A stretch of 63,907 bases of DNA, taken from contig JAFGHM010000083.1 in assembly GCA_016930135.1 (NCBI GenBank), forward strand, positions 1-63,907. Reading direction: 5' to 3'. Below the pieces are notes generated by a model. That model was not told the origin of the DNA, searched no databases, and saw only the letters and a program-made list of their open reading frames with translations. This document shows, piece after piece, positions 9,554 to 19,021 of this stretch (position 1 is the first letter of the stretch; each line of letters opens with the position of its first letter). A program made the position numbers and the translations under genes. Source of the DNA: Thermoplasmatota archaeon (lineage in GTDB: Archaea; Thermoplasmatota; Thermoplasmata; UBA10834).

Positions 9554-9785
9554 TATGTTTCCTCCTATGTGCCAGATCGTGTGCGTCGACCCGGCCGGGC
9601 TTGATGCATCTTCCCCGTCAAGGAGCCGTTTCTGCTCAAGTTGCTGCTCCGAAGCAGACACATCTTTGCACATGTATGTTGTTTTGAACATAAGTGTCTT
9701 TTGATTCGCTTCTCACAATCGAGAACAACTGCTAGGCGGACATCGGATCGTCGCAAGGACGAGAACATGTTTCCTGAGCTTCGTG

Positions 9786-9799
9786 GAAAGACTTTATAC
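9786..9799 (+). promoter_or_regulatory. BRE/TATA promoter of the Rab-like GTPase gene
   Basis: GAAAGAC-TTTATA about 45 nt upstream of an SD-led TTG start. Confidence 0.55.
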
Positions 9800-9842
9800 G
9801 ACAGCTATCCATACATCAAGAGGACAAGGAGCGTTTCTTCAA

Positions 9843-10385
9843 TTGGCCCCGGCTGAGGATACGAGAAAGCTCAAGATGTGCATGATAGGCGACGTCGGCG
9901 TAGGGAAGACGAGCCTGATCAGACGCTACGTGATGGATGTTTTTGACGACAAGTACATCGCGACCATAGGCACCAAGGTGACGAAGAAGGAGATAGAGGT
10001 CAAGGACCCGAGAACTGGCGTTCCGCAGAAGGTCATCCTGCTTGTCTGGGACATAATGGGTCAGCCGAGCTTTAGAGAGGTGCTCAGGGAGGCATACTTC
10101 TACGGCGTCGAGGGGTCCATCGCTGTGTGCGACGTCACCAGCAAGGAGAGCCTCGGCGAGCTGAGATACTGGATCAAGGCAATGACATCGACCACAGGGA
10201 AGGTCCCCATCGTATTCCTCGGCAACAAGTGCGACCTGAGAGAGGAGACCCGCGTGCCGTATCAGGATATCGAGATATTCGCGAGAAAGCACGATTCACC
10301 TGCGATGCTCAGCTCGGCTAAGACGGGTTACAACGTCGAGCAGGCGTTCTCGACGCTCGTCGAGATGATGCTGTTCCCCAAGTGA
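9843..10385 (+). CDS. Ras-superfamily small GTPase, Rab-like
   Basis: G1 GDVGVGKT, G2 TIG, G3 WDIMGQ, G4 NKCD, G5 SAKTG. Confidence 0.95.
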   Translation: MAPAEDTRKLKMCMIGDVGVGKTSLIRRYVMDVFDDKYIATIGTKVTKKEIEVKDPRTGVPQKVILLVWDIMGQPSFREVLREAYFYGVEGSIAVCDVTSKESLGELRYWIKAMTSTTGKVPIVFLGNKCDLREETRVPYQDIEIFARKHDSPAMLSSAKTGYNVEQAFSTLVEMMLFPK

Positions 10386-10450
10386 CCTTCCGGTGAGAAG
10401 GGTGAAGCATAATATCCGCGATAGACCATCCCACCGACTAGGGGGTTCCA

Positions 10451-12019
10451 TTGGATTCTAGGTGCGCCGACGCCATCTTCTACAATGGGGACATATACAC
10501 GATGGACAGGGAGCGCCCTCTCGTGCGTGCGTTGGCCGTGTCCGATGGCAGGATTGTCGGGCTTGGAGGCATGGACGAGATCAAGCGTGTTGCGCCGAGA
10601 GGATGCGAGCGGCACGATCTCGGCGGCAAGGTCGTGCTTCCCGGTTTCATCGACTGTCACACGCACTTCCTGCAGATGGGGCTTGATTCGATGGGTGTTG
10701 ACCTCTCTCAGGCCAGGTCTCGGGATGAGGCGCTTGGGGCGATGCGAGCGGCTTCGCAGAAGACGCCCGAGGGCGAATGGATAGTCGCCACCAGCTGGAA
10801 GGAGAGCGGCTGGGAAGACGCCAGATTCATCACCCGCAAGGACCTGGACGAATGCTGCCCGAGGCACCCGTCGGTTGCCCACAGGGTCTGCGGCCACTTG
10901 TCCTCTGTCAACACTCTCGCGATCAAGGAGCTCGGCATAGACGGGAGGACGCCTGAGGTCGATGTTGACTCCTCAGGGAATCTGACGGGGATACTCAGGG
11001 AGAGCGCAGTGGTCATAGCGAGGGATGCGACCGCGCCAACGAGGGCGAAGAGGATGAAAGGCCTCGCACTGGCGGTGAAGAAGGCCCACTCGTTGGGGGT
11101 CACTTCCGTCCAAGACAATGGACAGAGTGAGGACTTCGGGATATACAGGGAGGCTGAGGCCGCAGGAAGGCTTAAGATACGCATCTGGTTCAACATGCCG
11201 GTCAAGGATCTCGACCACGTCTCTGCGCTTTCGATCACACCCGGCATCGGTTCGGAGTGGCTTCGCCTGGGCGGCCTGAAGATGTTCTGCGATGGTGCCC
11301 TGGGAGCAAGGTCGGCAGCAGTCTCAGAAGCCTATGCAGACGACCCTGGCAACATAGGCATGTTCGTCTACGATGAGAGGGAGTTCGGAGACATAGTGAG
11401 CAGAGCGAACGAAAGGGGGCTGCAGCTTGCGATACATGCGATCGGGGACAAGGGGATCGGACGAACCATAGCTGCATTGGACATGGCCCTCCATCAGTAT
11501 CCAAGGAAGGACCACAGGCATCGTATTGAACATCTTGAACTGCCAAGCCGGTCACATCTGTCGATGATGAGGAAGCTCAGGGTCATAGCGTCTATGCAGC
11601 CCAACTTCGTTGGCGAGTGGGGCGGCACGAACGGGATGTATCTCTCGAGGCTCGGACCTGAGAGGACCGCCAGGAACAACCCCTTCAAGGAGGTGCTGCG
11701 CGCGAGGGTCAGGATGGTCTTCGGCTCCGACTGCATGCCGATGTCTCCTGTGTACGGGATCACGTCTGCGGTGAACGCCCCCTATGCATCGCAGAAGATC
11801 AGCGTCGAGGAGGCGGTCTGTGCATACACGCGCGACGCGGCCTTCGCCTCGTTCGAGGAGAGCTTGAAGGGCACGATATCAGAGGGCAAGCTGGCTGACT
11901 TCTTGGTGCTCTCCGAAGATCCGTTCGGGAATCCTGTGAGGCTGTCCCACGCGAAAGTGCTCAAGACGGTCGTTGGTGGTAAGATGATGTACGAAAGGAA
12001 TGTGGTCAATGGAGGTTGA
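10451..12019 (+). CDS. Amidohydrolase_3 (YtcJ-like) metal-dependent hydrolase
   Basis: PGFIDCHTH, KMFCDG, HAIGD, RIEH, FGSD motifs. Confidence 0.92.
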   Translation: MDSRCADAIFYNGDIYTMDRERPLVRALAVSDGRIVGLGGMDEIKRVAPRGCERHDLGGKVVLPGFIDCHTHFLQMGLDSMGVDLSQARSRDEALGAMRAASQKTPEGEWIVATSWKESGWEDARFITRKDLDECCPRHPSVAHRVCGHLSSVNTLAIKELGIDGRTPEVDVDSSGNLTGILRESAVVIARDATAPTRAKRMKGLALAVKKAHSLGVTSVQDNGQSEDFGIYREAEAAGRLKIRIWFNMPVKDLDHVSALSITPGIGSEWLRLGGLKMFCDGALGARSAAVSEAYADDPGNIGMFVYDEREFGDIVSRANERGLQLAIHAIGDKGIGRTIAALDMALHQYPRKDHRHRIEHLELPSRSHLSMMRKLRVIASMQPNFVGEWGGTNGMYLSRLGPERTARNNPFKEVLRARVRMVFGSDCMPMSPVYGITSAVNAPYASQKISVEEAVCAYTRDAAFASFEESLKGTISEGKLADFLVLSEDPFGNPVRLSHAKVLKTVVGGKMMYERNVVNGG

Positions 12020-12023
12020 TTGA

Positions 12024-12413
12024 ATGGTGTCAACAGCGAAGGTCGTGTACACTCCGGAAGCGCCGAAACCGATAGGTCCCTATTCCCAGGCCGTCGTGGC
12101 TGGGAACTTCGTCTTCTGTTCCGGTCAGCTGGGGTTGGACCCTGTCACGGGCGAGATCTCGGGAAAGACACCTACAGAGCAGGTGGAGCGCGCCATCCTG
12201 AACCTTAAGGCGGTCCTCCTGCGCGCGGGTAGCGAGCTCTCGCACGTTGTCAAGGTCACCCTCTACCTCAGGGACATGAGGGACTTCGCGGAAGTGAACG
12301 AGGTCTATTCGCGGCATTTCATCGAGATGAAGCCCGCGAGGACTACGGTAGAGGTGTCACAGCTACCCAAGGGCGCTCTGGTGGAGATCGACGCGATAGC
12401 CGAAGTGGGCTGA
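12024..12413 (+). CDS. ridA: RidA family enamine/imine deaminase
   Basis: GPYSQA, SGQLG, PARTTVEV, VEIDAIA. Confidence 0.93.
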   Translation: MVSTAKVVYTPEAPKPIGPYSQAVVAGNFVFCSGQLGLDPVTGEISGKTPTEQVERAILNLKAVLLRAGSELSHVVKVTLYLRDMRDFAEVNEVYSRHFIEMKPARTTVEVSQLPKGALVEIDAIAEVG

Positions 12414-12487
12414 GGGCAGGCATTCCGAGATTCCGTCGAAAGATTCTATATGCTTCAGCCCTTTGGTGATTGCGGAGCTTGAGGGGC

Positions 12488-13243
12488 ATGTTCGAGATCC
12501 AGCTCGTAGAAGACGCAGAAGCGGCAGGAGGCTCTCTCATCACTGCACTCCCGAGCGTGGGAATGGTCAGCACCATAGCCGGCAGCTTCATCGCGGAGTC
12601 GCTGAAGATGGAGAGGATTGCCTACGTCCTTTCGGAAGACGTCCCGCCCGCAGCGCTGGTGCAGGAAGGGGTCCCAGGCTATCCTCTGAGGGTGCTCGGC
12701 CACAAGCACCTCTCCATGCTTACCTCTGAGTTCCAGATACCGATGACGATGGCATCCAGCCTTGCCAAGACGGTCCTCTCCTGGGCAGGTTCCCACGGCT
12801 ACGACACCATCGTAGGTCTCGAGGGCCTGATGTCAGGTCAGGAGCCTTCAGAGGAACCGGAGAAGGAGCTGCGCGTCCTCGGGGTCGGCTCGACCCAGGC
12901 AGCAAGGGACAGGATATCGAAGGCGGGCATCGAGCAGTTCAAGGTCGGCATGATCACCGGCGTCTCAGGAGCACTGCTGAGCGAGGGGGAAAGGACCGGT
13001 GTGAATGTGATCTGCCTGCTCGTCGAGGCAAACGCCATGTACCCCGACGCCAGAGGAGCTGCCAAACTGGTAGAGTCGGTTTCCAGACTCCTCCCAGAAG
13101 TCCAAGTCGATCTCAAGGAGCTCTACAAAGAGGCGCAGATGATTGAGAAGAATGTCAAGGCCACGGTCGAGCGCACGAAGGAGATGCTCGCAGCGAGACA
13201 GAGTCAGGCAGACCGCCTGGGGAAGTCGTACATGTATGGCTGA
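12488..13243 (+). CDS. PAC2 family proteasome assembly chaperone (PbaA/B-like)
   Basis: PSVGMVS, GVSGALL, PDARGAA; C-terminal HbYX (MYG). Confidence 0.9.
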   Translation: MFEIQLVEDAEAAGGSLITALPSVGMVSTIAGSFIAESLKMERIAYVLSEDVPPAALVQEGVPGYPLRVLGHKHLSMLTSEFQIPMTMASSLAKTVLSWAGSHGYDTIVGLEGLMSGQEPSEEPEKELRVLGVGSTQAARDRISKAGIEQFKVGMITGVSGALLSEGERTGVNVICLLVEANAMYPDARGAAKLVESVSRLLPEVQVDLKELYKEAQMIEKNVKATVERTKEMLAARQSQADRLGKSYMYG

Positions 13244-13691
13244 TGAGATCACTAGGGCAAGGAAGCTGAGGGAATTGGTGGAGGAGTCCCGTTTCTGGGA
13301 CGCTTCAGATCTAATGCGCAACTTCGACGAGGAGTTCCACAGGATCGAGATGGGCATGGGGCACACTGCCTGGGACTCGATGTACCGGCCGATTTCCATA
13401 TGTGTCAGGCCGCTCCCAACGGTGCCGAGGTTCGAGACCTCAGAAACGAAGGACGAGATCAGCCTGAGGGTGGTCCTGCCGGGTGTCCCTCCGGGGAACG
13501 TCCACATCGATGTGGACAGGCGGAGCATCGAGGTGTCGGCATGCTCAGACGACCTGATCTGCAAGCCTTACTACGTCAGCGTGGAATCCCATAACACCTT
13601 GGACCCCGACTCTGTGGAAGCGAAGCAGGAAGGTCGGTGGCTCGTGATCAGGGTGAGAAAGGTCAAGAAGCGCAGGGTCGAGATTCGCTAG
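13236..13691 (+). CDS. Hsp20 / alpha-crystallin family protein
   Basis: VVLPGV, LDPDSVEAKQEGRWLVIRV; start overlaps the PAC2 stop. Confidence 0.8.
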   Translation: MADEITRARKLRELVEESRFWDASDLMRNFDEEFHRIEMGMGHTAWDSMYRPISICVRPLPTVPRFETSETKDEISLRVVLPGVPPGNVHIDVDRRSIEVSACSDDLICKPYYVSVESHNTLDPDSVEAKQEGRWLVIRVRKVKKRRVEIR

Positions 13692-13863
13692 CGTTTCTGC
13701 TCTCGGAGTCCCTGTCACGCGCGATCCGATACTCGTGGTCGTTTTCGTCCGATGCCATGTTCAGCGAAGGTTTAAGTAGAATGTGACTGTACGGACCTAC
13801 GCACAGTCCGAGACGAAGGTTTTGCGCAAGTCAGAAGGATTGTCAGACTAGGAGGTGCAGGAA

Positions 13864-15051
13864 ATGAGTATATTGGTTCTCGGTGCATCAGGTCAGATAG
13901 GTGCCTACACTGTCCAGGACCTCATCGAGTTCGGCGGTGAGAAGGACGTCATAGTTTCGAGCCGGAAGATGGCCAACGTGAAGAGGGCGATGGACGATCT
14001 CAAGCTCACAGAGAGGACGAAGCTGATGGAGCTGGACGCGAACAACGGTTCCAAGGTCCTCGAGACCATCAGAAATGAGAAGGTCGAATCGGTAGTCAAC
14101 TGCGCTTGGTACCAGACTAACCTGGGCGTCATGGACGCCTGCCTCAAGGGCGGTGCAACATACACTGACCTGGGAGGGTTCTTCGACACGTGCCTCAAGC
14201 AGATCGAGCTTCACAACAAGTGGAAGGATGCAGGCATCAACGCGACGATAGGTCTGGGGAGCACGCCCGGAATGACCAACGTCGCGGGTGCCGCCGGTGC
14301 GAAGCGCCTCGACCAGGTCGACAGCATAGACATCGTGTGCGCCTGGGGCAACACGCTGCCCGTCCAGGAGGCCGGCTGGCCGGGGTATTCGATCAGGACG
14401 GTCCTTGACGAGTTCACTCAGGAGTCGGTCCAGTGGCTCGGGGGGAAGTACGCAAAGCAGAAGATACTCGGGGGCGAGGCAGATGTCCTCATGCCCGACC
14501 CAATCGGCAAGATCAAGGCCTATTTCATAAAGCACTCGGAGCCTGCCACGATGGGCAAGTACCTGAATGCGAAGAACGTCACCTTCAGGATAGGGTTCCC
14601 GAAGACTGACATGAACACCTTCCTGACGCTCAGGTCTCTCGGGTTCGCCGACACGAACCCACTCGAGGTCGGAGGGGCGAAGGTGTCCCCACTCGACTAC
14701 CTCACTGCGATGTACCAGAAGGGGATCGCGGAGGGGAGGAGCTCTCCGCCAAAGGAGAAGTTCGAGTACGACATGTTCAGGGTCGACTGCGCTGGCAAGA
14801 AGGACGGGATGCCGAAGATGGTCACGTACTTCATAGTTACCTGGAACGACCCCGATAGGGGAGTGTCCTCTGCGAGAGACACGTCGGTCCCGCCATCGAT
14901 AGTCGCGCACTGGCAGCACACCAAGCGGATCAAGGAGCCAGGAGTCTTCCCGGCAGAGGCCACTGTCGAGCCAGAGGCCTTCTTCAAGGAGCTGGGGAAG
15001 CGGAAGATACTCGTCGACGAGCAGACTACCACCACGACGAAGTACTACTGA
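13864..15051 (+). CDS. Saccharopine dehydrogenase family oxidoreductase
   Basis: GASGQIG Rossmann motif, YTDLGG, GSTPGMTN, HSE, PGVFPAE; TTTAAG TATA at about 13770. Confidence 0.88.
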   Translation: MSILVLGASGQIGAYTVQDLIEFGGEKDVIVSSRKMANVKRAMDDLKLTERTKLMELDANNGSKVLETIRNEKVESVVNCAWYQTNLGVMDACLKGGATYTDLGGFFDTCLKQIELHNKWKDAGINATIGLGSTPGMTNVAGAAGAKRLDQVDSIDIVCAWGNTLPVQEAGWPGYSIRTVLDEFTQESVQWLGGKYAKQKILGGEADVLMPDPIGKIKAYFIKHSEPATMGKYLNAKNVTFRIGFPKTDMNTFLTLRSLGFADTNPLEVGGAKVSPLDYLTAMYQKGIAEGRSSPPKEKFEYDMFRVDCAGKKDGMPKMVTYFIVTWNDPDRGVSSARDTSVPPSIVAHWQHTKRIKEPGVFPAEATVEPEAFFKELGKRKILVDEQTTTTTKYY

Positions 15052-15126
15052 GAGCGGTCCCCCAAACACTGAAGGAAGGGGCCCTTGCCTCTTCCCGAGG
15101 CATCTCTTTCCCCGTTATCCGAAGGA

Positions 15127-16761
15127 CTACTCCGCCTCCTCCTCCGGCAGGAGCTCGAGCATGCGCGCAATCGCCACAGTGAAGTCCTCTAGCTTCACGT
15201 CAACCATTGACGGGTCCACGGGAACCTTGTCCTGGATGGCGCACTTCATGTGTATCTGACACTTCGGGCAGAACATCAGCAGCCTCTGCGCTCCGACCTT
15301 CTTCGCCTCCATGACCCTATCCACCTGCATCTTCTTCGAGTTCGCGTTGCAGTTAGTCCACGCGCTCACTCCGCAGCAGACGGCCTTGTCCCTCGTGTTC
15401 TCCATCTCCACGAACTTGGCGCCCGTGAACGCCTTTGCCAGCTCCCTAGGGGAATCGTACACTCCGGAGTGTCTCCCGAGCCTGCACGAGTCATGGTACG
15501 AGAACGTGAACTCGTCCTTCGCCCTGTCGTCCAGCTTCAGAACGCCTGAGTCCATGAGCTCCTTGATGTAGTCGGATATGTGGACCAGTTCGAACTCGAA
15601 ATCACCCATGAGGTCCTGATAGTCGGCCCTGAACGTGCGGTAGCACTCAGGACATGTGAAAACCACCTTCTTCGCTCCGGACTTCTTGACGAGCTCGACG
15701 TTGTGCTCCATCAGCTTCTCGAAGCTCTCCTCGTCCCCTGTCCAGTTCAGGTCGTGGCCGCAGCACTTCTCCTCGTTGCTGACCACTGGGACCACGCCCG
15801 CCTCGTTCATTATCCTCACAGCGCTCTCGCAGATCTCCTGCAGCCGGAGGTCCTTGCTCTCGTAGAATATCGCATCGTAATGTGGCAGGCACCCGACGAA
15901 GTAGAACACATCGCCCTTGTCGGCGACCTTCATGTCCTTCTTCACCCAGTCCAGACGTCTCTGCTTCAGGTTCCCCTTGGCCATGATCCGTTGGACTGCA
16001 TGTATGAGCCCTCCCTGGGAACAGCTGGGTGCGGCTCCGAACTCCGAGGCCTCCTCTCTCATCCCCCTTATGAAGCCAGAGTAGTCCACCTTGTAGGGGC
16101 ACATGGCATTGCACTGCTCGCATGTGATGCAGGTCCATATGTCCCTGTCATTGGCTATGTTGTCGACTATGCCCTCCATGGCTCTCAGCACTATCGTCCT
16201 GGGCGCGAAGCTGTTGTCGAACGTTGCTATGGGACAGACGGTCGTGCACTTCCCGCACTCGACGCAATCGAAAGCGCCCGTGTCCTCGATCAGCTGCTTC
16301 ACCGAGGCCACGGTCTGTTCCTTGGTCCTCTCCTTCTTGACCTTCTTGGCGAGCTCGAGCGGCAGCGGACCGAGGGCTCTGACCTCTTCGACGAACTCCG
16401 TGACGGTCTTCGCGAACTTGGTCCTCTCCGAGGCGTTGATCCACTCGGTCCTGAGTCGCCTTGAGTCCAAACCGACTATGTCGAAGAGCTTCTTGAGTGC
16501 ATCCACCCTCTCCTGGGCCTTCTTGTTGCCCGAGACATAGTGGCAGTCATCCATCAGACACCCGATGACGATCACGCCGTCCGCGCCGTTCTCGAAGGCA
16601 TCCATTATCACAGCGGACTCGACGCTACCGCTGCACATCACGCGGACTATCCTGATGTTCGGCGGGTATTCGATCTTGTTCACGCCTGCCAGGCTGGCTG
16701 AGGGATAGCCGCACCACGTGCACGTGAACGCGATGATCTTCGGCTCGAACCTCTCAGACAT
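15127..16761 (-). CDS. MvhD-HdrC-HdrB(CCG) fusion (MvhD + HdrD-like)
   Basis: CTWCGY, RVMCSG, GCLMDDCHY (MvhD); two CxxCxxCxxxCP; two CCG domains. Confidence 0.92.
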   Translation of the reverse strand: MSERFEPKIIAFTCTWCGYPSASLAGVNKIEYPPNIRIVRVMCSGSVESAVIMDAFENGADGVIVIGCLMDDCHYVSGNKKAQERVDALKKLFDIVGLDSRRLRTEWINASERTKFAKTVTEFVEEVRALGPLPLELAKKVKKERTKEQTVASVKQLIEDTGAFDCVECGKCTTVCPIATFDNSFAPRTIVLRAMEGIVDNIANDRDIWTCITCEQCNAMCPYKVDYSGFIRGMREEASEFGAAPSCSQGGLIHAVQRIMAKGNLKQRRLDWVKKDMKVADKGDVFYFVGCLPHYDAIFYESKDLRLQEICESAVRIMNEAGVVPVVSNEEKCCGHDLNWTGDEESFEKLMEHNVELVKKSGAKKVVFTCPECYRTFRADYQDLMGDFEFELVHISDYIKELMDSGVLKLDDRAKDEFTFSYHDSCRLGRHSGVYDSPRELAKAFTGAKFVEMENTRDKAVCCGVSAWTNCNANSKKMQVDRVMEAKKVGAQRLLMFCPKCQIHMKCAIQDKVPVDPSMVDVKLEDFTVAIARMLELLPEEEAE

Positions 16762-18535
16762 CTGCATCCACCTCCTCAACTAGCGCGCGGACCATCGCCT
16801 CGACCTGCTCCGGCCGGAAGCCGTTCACCGTGATCGCCTTGTTGCAGCATACGACCGCGCACTGCCCGCACCCCTCGCATAGCACTTCGTCTATCTTCGA
16901 GACCAGGACGCCCCTCTTCGGGTCGGTCTCTATCGTTATCGCGCCGTATTCGCAGGTCTTCTCGCACCTGCCGCAGCCCCTACATCTCTCCTCGTCGACG
17001 AATGCGACTATGCGTGGGAACTTGACGTTGCCCTTGCGCATCAGCTCGATGGCACTGGCGGCCGCCGCCTTCGCGTCCTCGATGGAGTACCTGATACCCT
17101 TCGGCCCCTGGGCCGTCCCGGCGACATAGACCCCCCGCCTGAACTCAGACGGGAACATCGGGTTGATGTCTTTCATGAACTTGTCTATGTCCGTCTGTAC
17201 GTGCAGCATCTTCGCTATCGCGTCGCTTCCGTCAGCCGGCTCCTGCCCGACAGATAGAACAACCAGATCGGATTCGATGTTCAAGAGGACATCAGCGTCG
17301 GTGTCAAGCGCCCTCACGAATATCTTGCCCTTGTCGTGCACGATCTCGGATATCCTGCCGCGCACGAAGTTGATCCCCTCCTCCTTGGCGGCCTCGTAGA
17401 ACTCCTCGAAACCCCGGTAGGGTCCCCTGAGGTCTATGTAGTGGATGTAGATGTCCGCGTCGGGGTTCATGCGCTTGATCTCCCTTGCCTGGCCTATGGC
17501 ATAGGTGCAGCAGACAAGGGAGCAGTGCAGATTGCCCTTGTTCTTGTCCCTCGAACCGACGCACTGGATGAAGTTGACGGTCTTCGGGACCTTGGAGTCG
17601 GACGGCCTCTTCAGGCCCCCGCCCTTCTCCCTCTGCTCGACTATGAGCTGCTCTAGCTCCACTGTCGTTATGACATCGGGGAGGTCGTACCTGAGCTCAG
17701 GGATGCGCTTAGGGTCGAAGGTCTTGCTACCCGTGGCTACGATTATCGTGCCCACATCGAACTCCTTGGTACCCGAGGGCGTCCTGACCTTCACATGTCT
17801 GTCCCCGAAACCTCCCGTGATCTCCTCGATCTCGGACTCCAGCATGACATCGATGTTCTTGTTCTGCTGCACATCCTCTATCTTGGGCGTGAAAACGCAC
17901 TCCTTGCAGTACTGCATGCAGCATATGCCACAGTTGTGCGTAGGGAAGGTCATGCTGAGCTTGTAGGTCCTCCCGCCAAGCTCACCCGACCTCTCCACGA
18001 GATATGTCTTGAACCCGGAATTGGCGATGTCCAGAGCGACCTGCATCCCCGTCACGCCGCCCCCGATGACCAGGGCCTTGTCGAGTATCTCTATGTCAAT
18101 GTCCTCAAGGGGCACCAACTTCTCAGCCCGCGCAATGGCTCCTCTGACCAGGCTCTCGGCCTTCTTCGTGGCGGCCTTCTTGTCATTGTGAACCCATGCG
18201 CAGTGTTCCCGTATGTTGATCTGCTCGACCAGGTATTTGTTCAGACCTTCCTCTTCCAGCGCGCGCGTGACTATTATGCCCTGGACGTTGGGGGAACAGG
18301 CGCCTACGGCCACACGCTCGAAGTTTATTTCCTTCGCCTTCTCCTTGAGATAGTCCTGTCCCTCCCTCGAACAGAGGGCTTCGTGTATGTCGACGATGAG
18401 TATCTCTGGGTTCTTCTTCAGGTCCTCGGCGATCTTCTCAAGGTCCACCTTCTTGCTTATCTGGCCCCTGCAGGCGCAGAGGAAGACCGCAAGGCCCTTC
18501 CGCACGTTCACATCATTGTTCGACCGTTCTGGCAT
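16754..18535 (-). CDS. hdrA: Heterodisulfide reductase subunit A family flavoprotein (short variant)
   Basis: GACSP, NIREHCAWVH, GGGVTG, QCVGSRD...CSLVCC, C-terminal 2x[4Fe-4S] ferredoxin. Confidence 0.92.
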   Translation of the reverse strand: MPERSNNDVNVRKGLAVFLCACRGQISKKVDLEKIAEDLKKNPEILIVDIHEALCSREGQDYLKEKAKEINFERVAVGACSPNVQGIIVTRALEEEGLNKYLVEQINIREHCAWVHNDKKAATKKAESLVRGAIARAEKLVPLEDIDIEILDKALVIGGGVTGMQVALDIANSGFKTYLVERSGELGGRTYKLSMTFPTHNCGICCMQYCKECVFTPKIEDVQQNKNIDVMLESEIEEITGGFGDRHVKVRTPSGTKEFDVGTIIVATGSKTFDPKRIPELRYDLPDVITTVELEQLIVEQREKGGGLKRPSDSKVPKTVNFIQCVGSRDKNKGNLHCSLVCCTYAIGQAREIKRMNPDADIYIHYIDLRGPYRGFEEFYEAAKEEGINFVRGRISEIVHDKGKIFVRALDTDADVLLNIESDLVVLSVGQEPADGSDAIAKMLHVQTDIDKFMKDINPMFPSEFRRGVYVAGTAQGPKGIRYSIEDAKAAAASAIELMRKGNVKFPRIVAFVDEERCRGCGRCEKTCEYGAITIETDPKRGVLVSKIDEVLCEGCGQCAVVCCNKAITVNGFRPEQVEAMVRALVEEVDADV

Positions 18536-18577
18536 CACCGTCAACTCCGTCGCTCCCAGGCGTCTCTCTATACATCC

Positions 18578-19021
18578 TCAGCAGGAAACGTACTCAACGC
18601 CCTGTTCCAGCTTCGCGCGTCTCAGGGCGTTGTAGACTCCTTCCAGTATGCACGCCTCGGTCACGTAGCCGTAGAAGTCCCCCTTGTCGAAAACCGCGAT
18701 CGTCGAGACCCCCGAGTTTGCCATCGCCTTCGCGACCCAGCGCAAGTCCAGTGACAGGTTGGTGAGTATGACAAGGGGTCTCGACATGATGTCCTTGACC
18801 AGGACTTTGGCCGGGTTCTTGCCCTCGGCTACGACCTTGACGATTATGTCCTTCTTCGTCAATATGCCATAGGCGTCGTGCCTGGCCCGTCTGGGGACCA
18901 GAAGGGTGAACTTGTTCTCGTCCAGCATCTTCTTGATGGCGCTCGCCACAGTGGCGTCCCGCTGGATGGTCGGGAACTCGAAAGTCTTCACGACATCCTT
19001 CAGGATTAATGGGGCTGTCAT
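18578..19021 (-). CDS. CBS domain pair protein
   Basis: YGILTKKDI, KDIMSRPL; paralog of adjacent gene. Confidence 0.88.
   Translation of the reverse strand: MTAPLILKDVVKTFEFPTIQRDATVASAIKKMLDENKFTLLVPRRARHDAYGILTKKDIIVKVVAEGKNPAKVLVKDIMSRPLVILTNLSLDLRWVAKAMANSGVSTIAVFDKGDFYGYVTEACILEGVYNALRRAKLEQGVEYVSC

Noticed and set aside
13888..15069. Long antisense/alternate-frame ORFs (this one, 4932..5978, 40430..41509, 52711..53775 and others)
   Set aside because: Shadows of well-supported genes caused by high-GC codon bias; no motifs
15127..18535. Hdr genes as evidence of methanogenesis
   Set aside because: No mcr, methyltransferase or hydrogenase genes in the window; Hdr-like modules are widespread in non-methanogens
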